From an uncultured Spirochaetota bacterium (GTDB taxonomy: Bacteria > Spirochaetota > Spirochaetia > SZUA-6 > Fen-1364), in the NCBI GenBank assembly GCA_963781885.1, contig CAWAHW010000002.1:832001-896000 (forward strand): a DNA stretch of 64,000 nt. The letters run 5' to 3'. Position 1 is the first letter of the stretch, and each line of letters starts with the position of its first letter. This document shows, in pieces, positions 62,466 to 64,000 of this stretch. A program made the position numbers and the translations under genes. Under the pieces are notes generated by a model. It made no database searches and was not told the DNA's origin. It worked only from the letters and a program-made list of their open reading frames with translations.

Positions 62466-64000
62466 GCTCCTGGAGCATCGGCGAGGTTGCGCGGCTGCTC
62501 GGCGTGCGGCCGCACGTCATCCGCTACTGGGAGAGCGAGCTGCCGCTGCTTTCCCCGCCGAAGAGCCTTTCGGGCAGACGCGAATATTCCGCGCAGGAAA
62601 TCCAGCTCCTCCTGCGCTTCCGCGACCTGCTCTACGAAAGGAAGTTCACCATCGAAGGGGCAAAGAGACGTTTGTGGGAGGAGCTGGGCGCGGGCGATCC
62701 CGACATCGCCGCGCGATTCGCGCAGGTGCGCGCGGGGCTGATCGATGCGCTCATGACGGTGAAGCGCGCGCACGGCCGCGCCGAGCGCCCGGATGAGGAT
62801 GGGCAGATGGCACAGAAAGGGCTGCGGGAGCGCTACGAGGAGCTGGGACAGGGGCATCTTTTCGACTTCTGGGAGGCGCGCCCGGAGGCGATGCGCGCGC
62901 GGCTCATGGAGGACCTTGCATCGCTCGACCCCCGGACCCTTTCCGACCTGCGCGCCCGGCTCGGCCAGACGGCCCCCGGCGGTCCCGGCAGAGACGAAGA
63001 GCTCGTTCCCGCGCCGTACGTCGCGCGCGCGGCGAGCAGCGTGGACCGGGAGGCCCGCGAAGCGGGGGAGGAGGAGATCAGGCGCGGCCGCTGCGCCTTT
63101 CTCACCGTTGCCGGCGGCCAGGGCTCGAGACTGGGATTCGAAGGGCCCAAGGGCATGTTCCCGGTCACGCCCCTGCGGAAGCTTTCGTTCTTCGCGCTGT
63201 TCGCGGAAAAGCTCGCTGCCGCGCGCCGGCGCTACGGGGTCCAGATTCCCTGGCTCATCATGACCGGTCCGCAGAATCACCAGGCGACGATCGATTACTT
63301 CGAATCGGAGGACTGGTTCGGCCTGCGGGCCGAGACGGTGCGTATGTTTCCCCAGGGCGTGCTTCCCTCCCTCTCTCCCGAGGGCCATCTCCTCATGGCA
63401 CTGGACGGTGGGCTCTTCTTCAATCCCAATGGGCATGGAGGCGTCATCGAGGCGCTGCGCCGGTCCGGCAGCCTTTCGCTGATGCAGGAGAAAGGCGTGC
63501 GCCACCTCTTCTACTTCCAGGTGGACAACCCGCTCGTGCGCGTGCCGGACCCCGTGTATCTGGGCTTTCACGTGCGCGCGCGGGCGCGCGCGTCGGCGAA
63601 GGTCATCGAGAAGGCCTATCCCGAGGAGAAGCTCGGGGTGATTGCGACGAGGGCCGGGGCGCCGTGCGTCATCGAGTACTCGGACCTGGACGAGGCGCGC
63701 ATGCACGCGCGCGGTCCCGACGGAAGGCTTCTCTTCGACCAGGGTTCCATCGCCATTCACATCCTCGACGTGCCCTTCCTGGCGAGCCCCGGTCTCGAGC
63801 TGCCGCTGCACGCCGCCCGCAAGAAGGCGAAGACCCTCAATCCGACGGCAGCGGGCGCCGAAATATGTGAGAGGGACGCGGTGAAGATGGAAATGTTCAT
63901 CTTCGACGCGATCCCGCTCGCCGGCAGCGCCCTTTTTTTCGAAACGGACCGCGCCGACGAGTTCGCGCCCCTGAAGAACCGCGAGGGGCTGGACTCCATC
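62462..64000 (+). CDS. MerR-family HTH in frame with a UDP-N-acetylglucosamine pyrophosphorylase (UDPGP/UAP1-like); runs off the window, absent from the ORF track
   Basis: SIGEVARLLGVRPHVIRYWE...GRREYS...FTIEGAK, then AGGQGSRLGFEGPKG, PNGHGG, QVDNPL, IEYSD, KMEMFIFD, EFAPLKN with no stop in frame. Confidence 0.85.
   Translation, partial: MSSWSIGEVARLLGVRPHVIRYWESELPLLSPPKSLSGRREYSAQEIQLLLRFRDLLYERKFTIEGAKRRLWEELGAGDPDIAARFAQVRAGLIDALMTVKRAHGRAERPDEDGQMAQKGLRERYEELGQGHLFDFWEARPEAMRARLMEDLASLDPRTLSDLRARLGQTAPGGPGRDEELVPAPYVARAASSVDREAREAGEEEIRRGRCAFLTVAGGQGSRLGFEGPKGMFPVTPLRKLSFFALFAEKLAAARRRYGVQIPWLIMTGPQNHQATIDYFESEDWFGLRAETVRMFPQGVLPSLSPEGHLLMALDGGLFFNPNGHGGVIEALRRSGSLSLMQEKGVRHLFYFQVDNPLVRVPDPVYLGFHVRARARASAKVIEKAYPEEKLGVIATRAGAPCVIEYSDLDEARMHARGPDGRLLFDQGSIAIHILDVPFLASPGLELPLHAARKKAKTLNPTAAGAEICERDAVKMEMFIFDAIPLAGSALFFETDRADEFAPLKNREGLDSI

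Overview
GC-rich bacterial chromosome segment, most consistent with a free-living Spirochaetota genome (RpoA, RpoB, RpoC, L29 and S5 N-termini and the secY-rpmJ adjacency resemble spirochaete orthologues; recalled, not searched). Left part (1-20.5 kb): nucleoside-type ABC binding protein, ligA, an RlpA-like/SPOR protein, a four-gene glycan mini-locus with a NusG paralogue, and a dnaE-hom-PHP-yggT-recG-rsmD run. Middle (20.6-51.5 kb): tRNA-Thr, rpmG, tRNA-Trp, secE, nusG, rplKAJL, rpoBC and the str, S10, spc and alpha operons. Right part: a ~1170-aa acidic membrane protein, rny-ymdB-tlyA, a GerMN protein, ptsI, der and a truncated ORF missing from the ORF track that fuses a MerR HTH in frame to a UDP-GlcNAc pyrophosphorylase. 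Five genes (yggT, rplK, fusA, the acidic protein, ptsI) carry 1-2 nt indels that look like sequencing errors. No transposase, integrase, phage, cas or defence gene is visible. The main unexplained signals are: (i) a family of short hairpin elements with an (C/G)AA(A/C/T)-TG...CA foot at many junctions of the ribosomal superoperon, found on both strands, in tandem, inverted and nested arrangements, and read in frame in the predicted L3 and L22 N-termini; (ii) mini-ORFs bridging r-protein genes; (iii) the MerR-pyrophosphorylase fusion.
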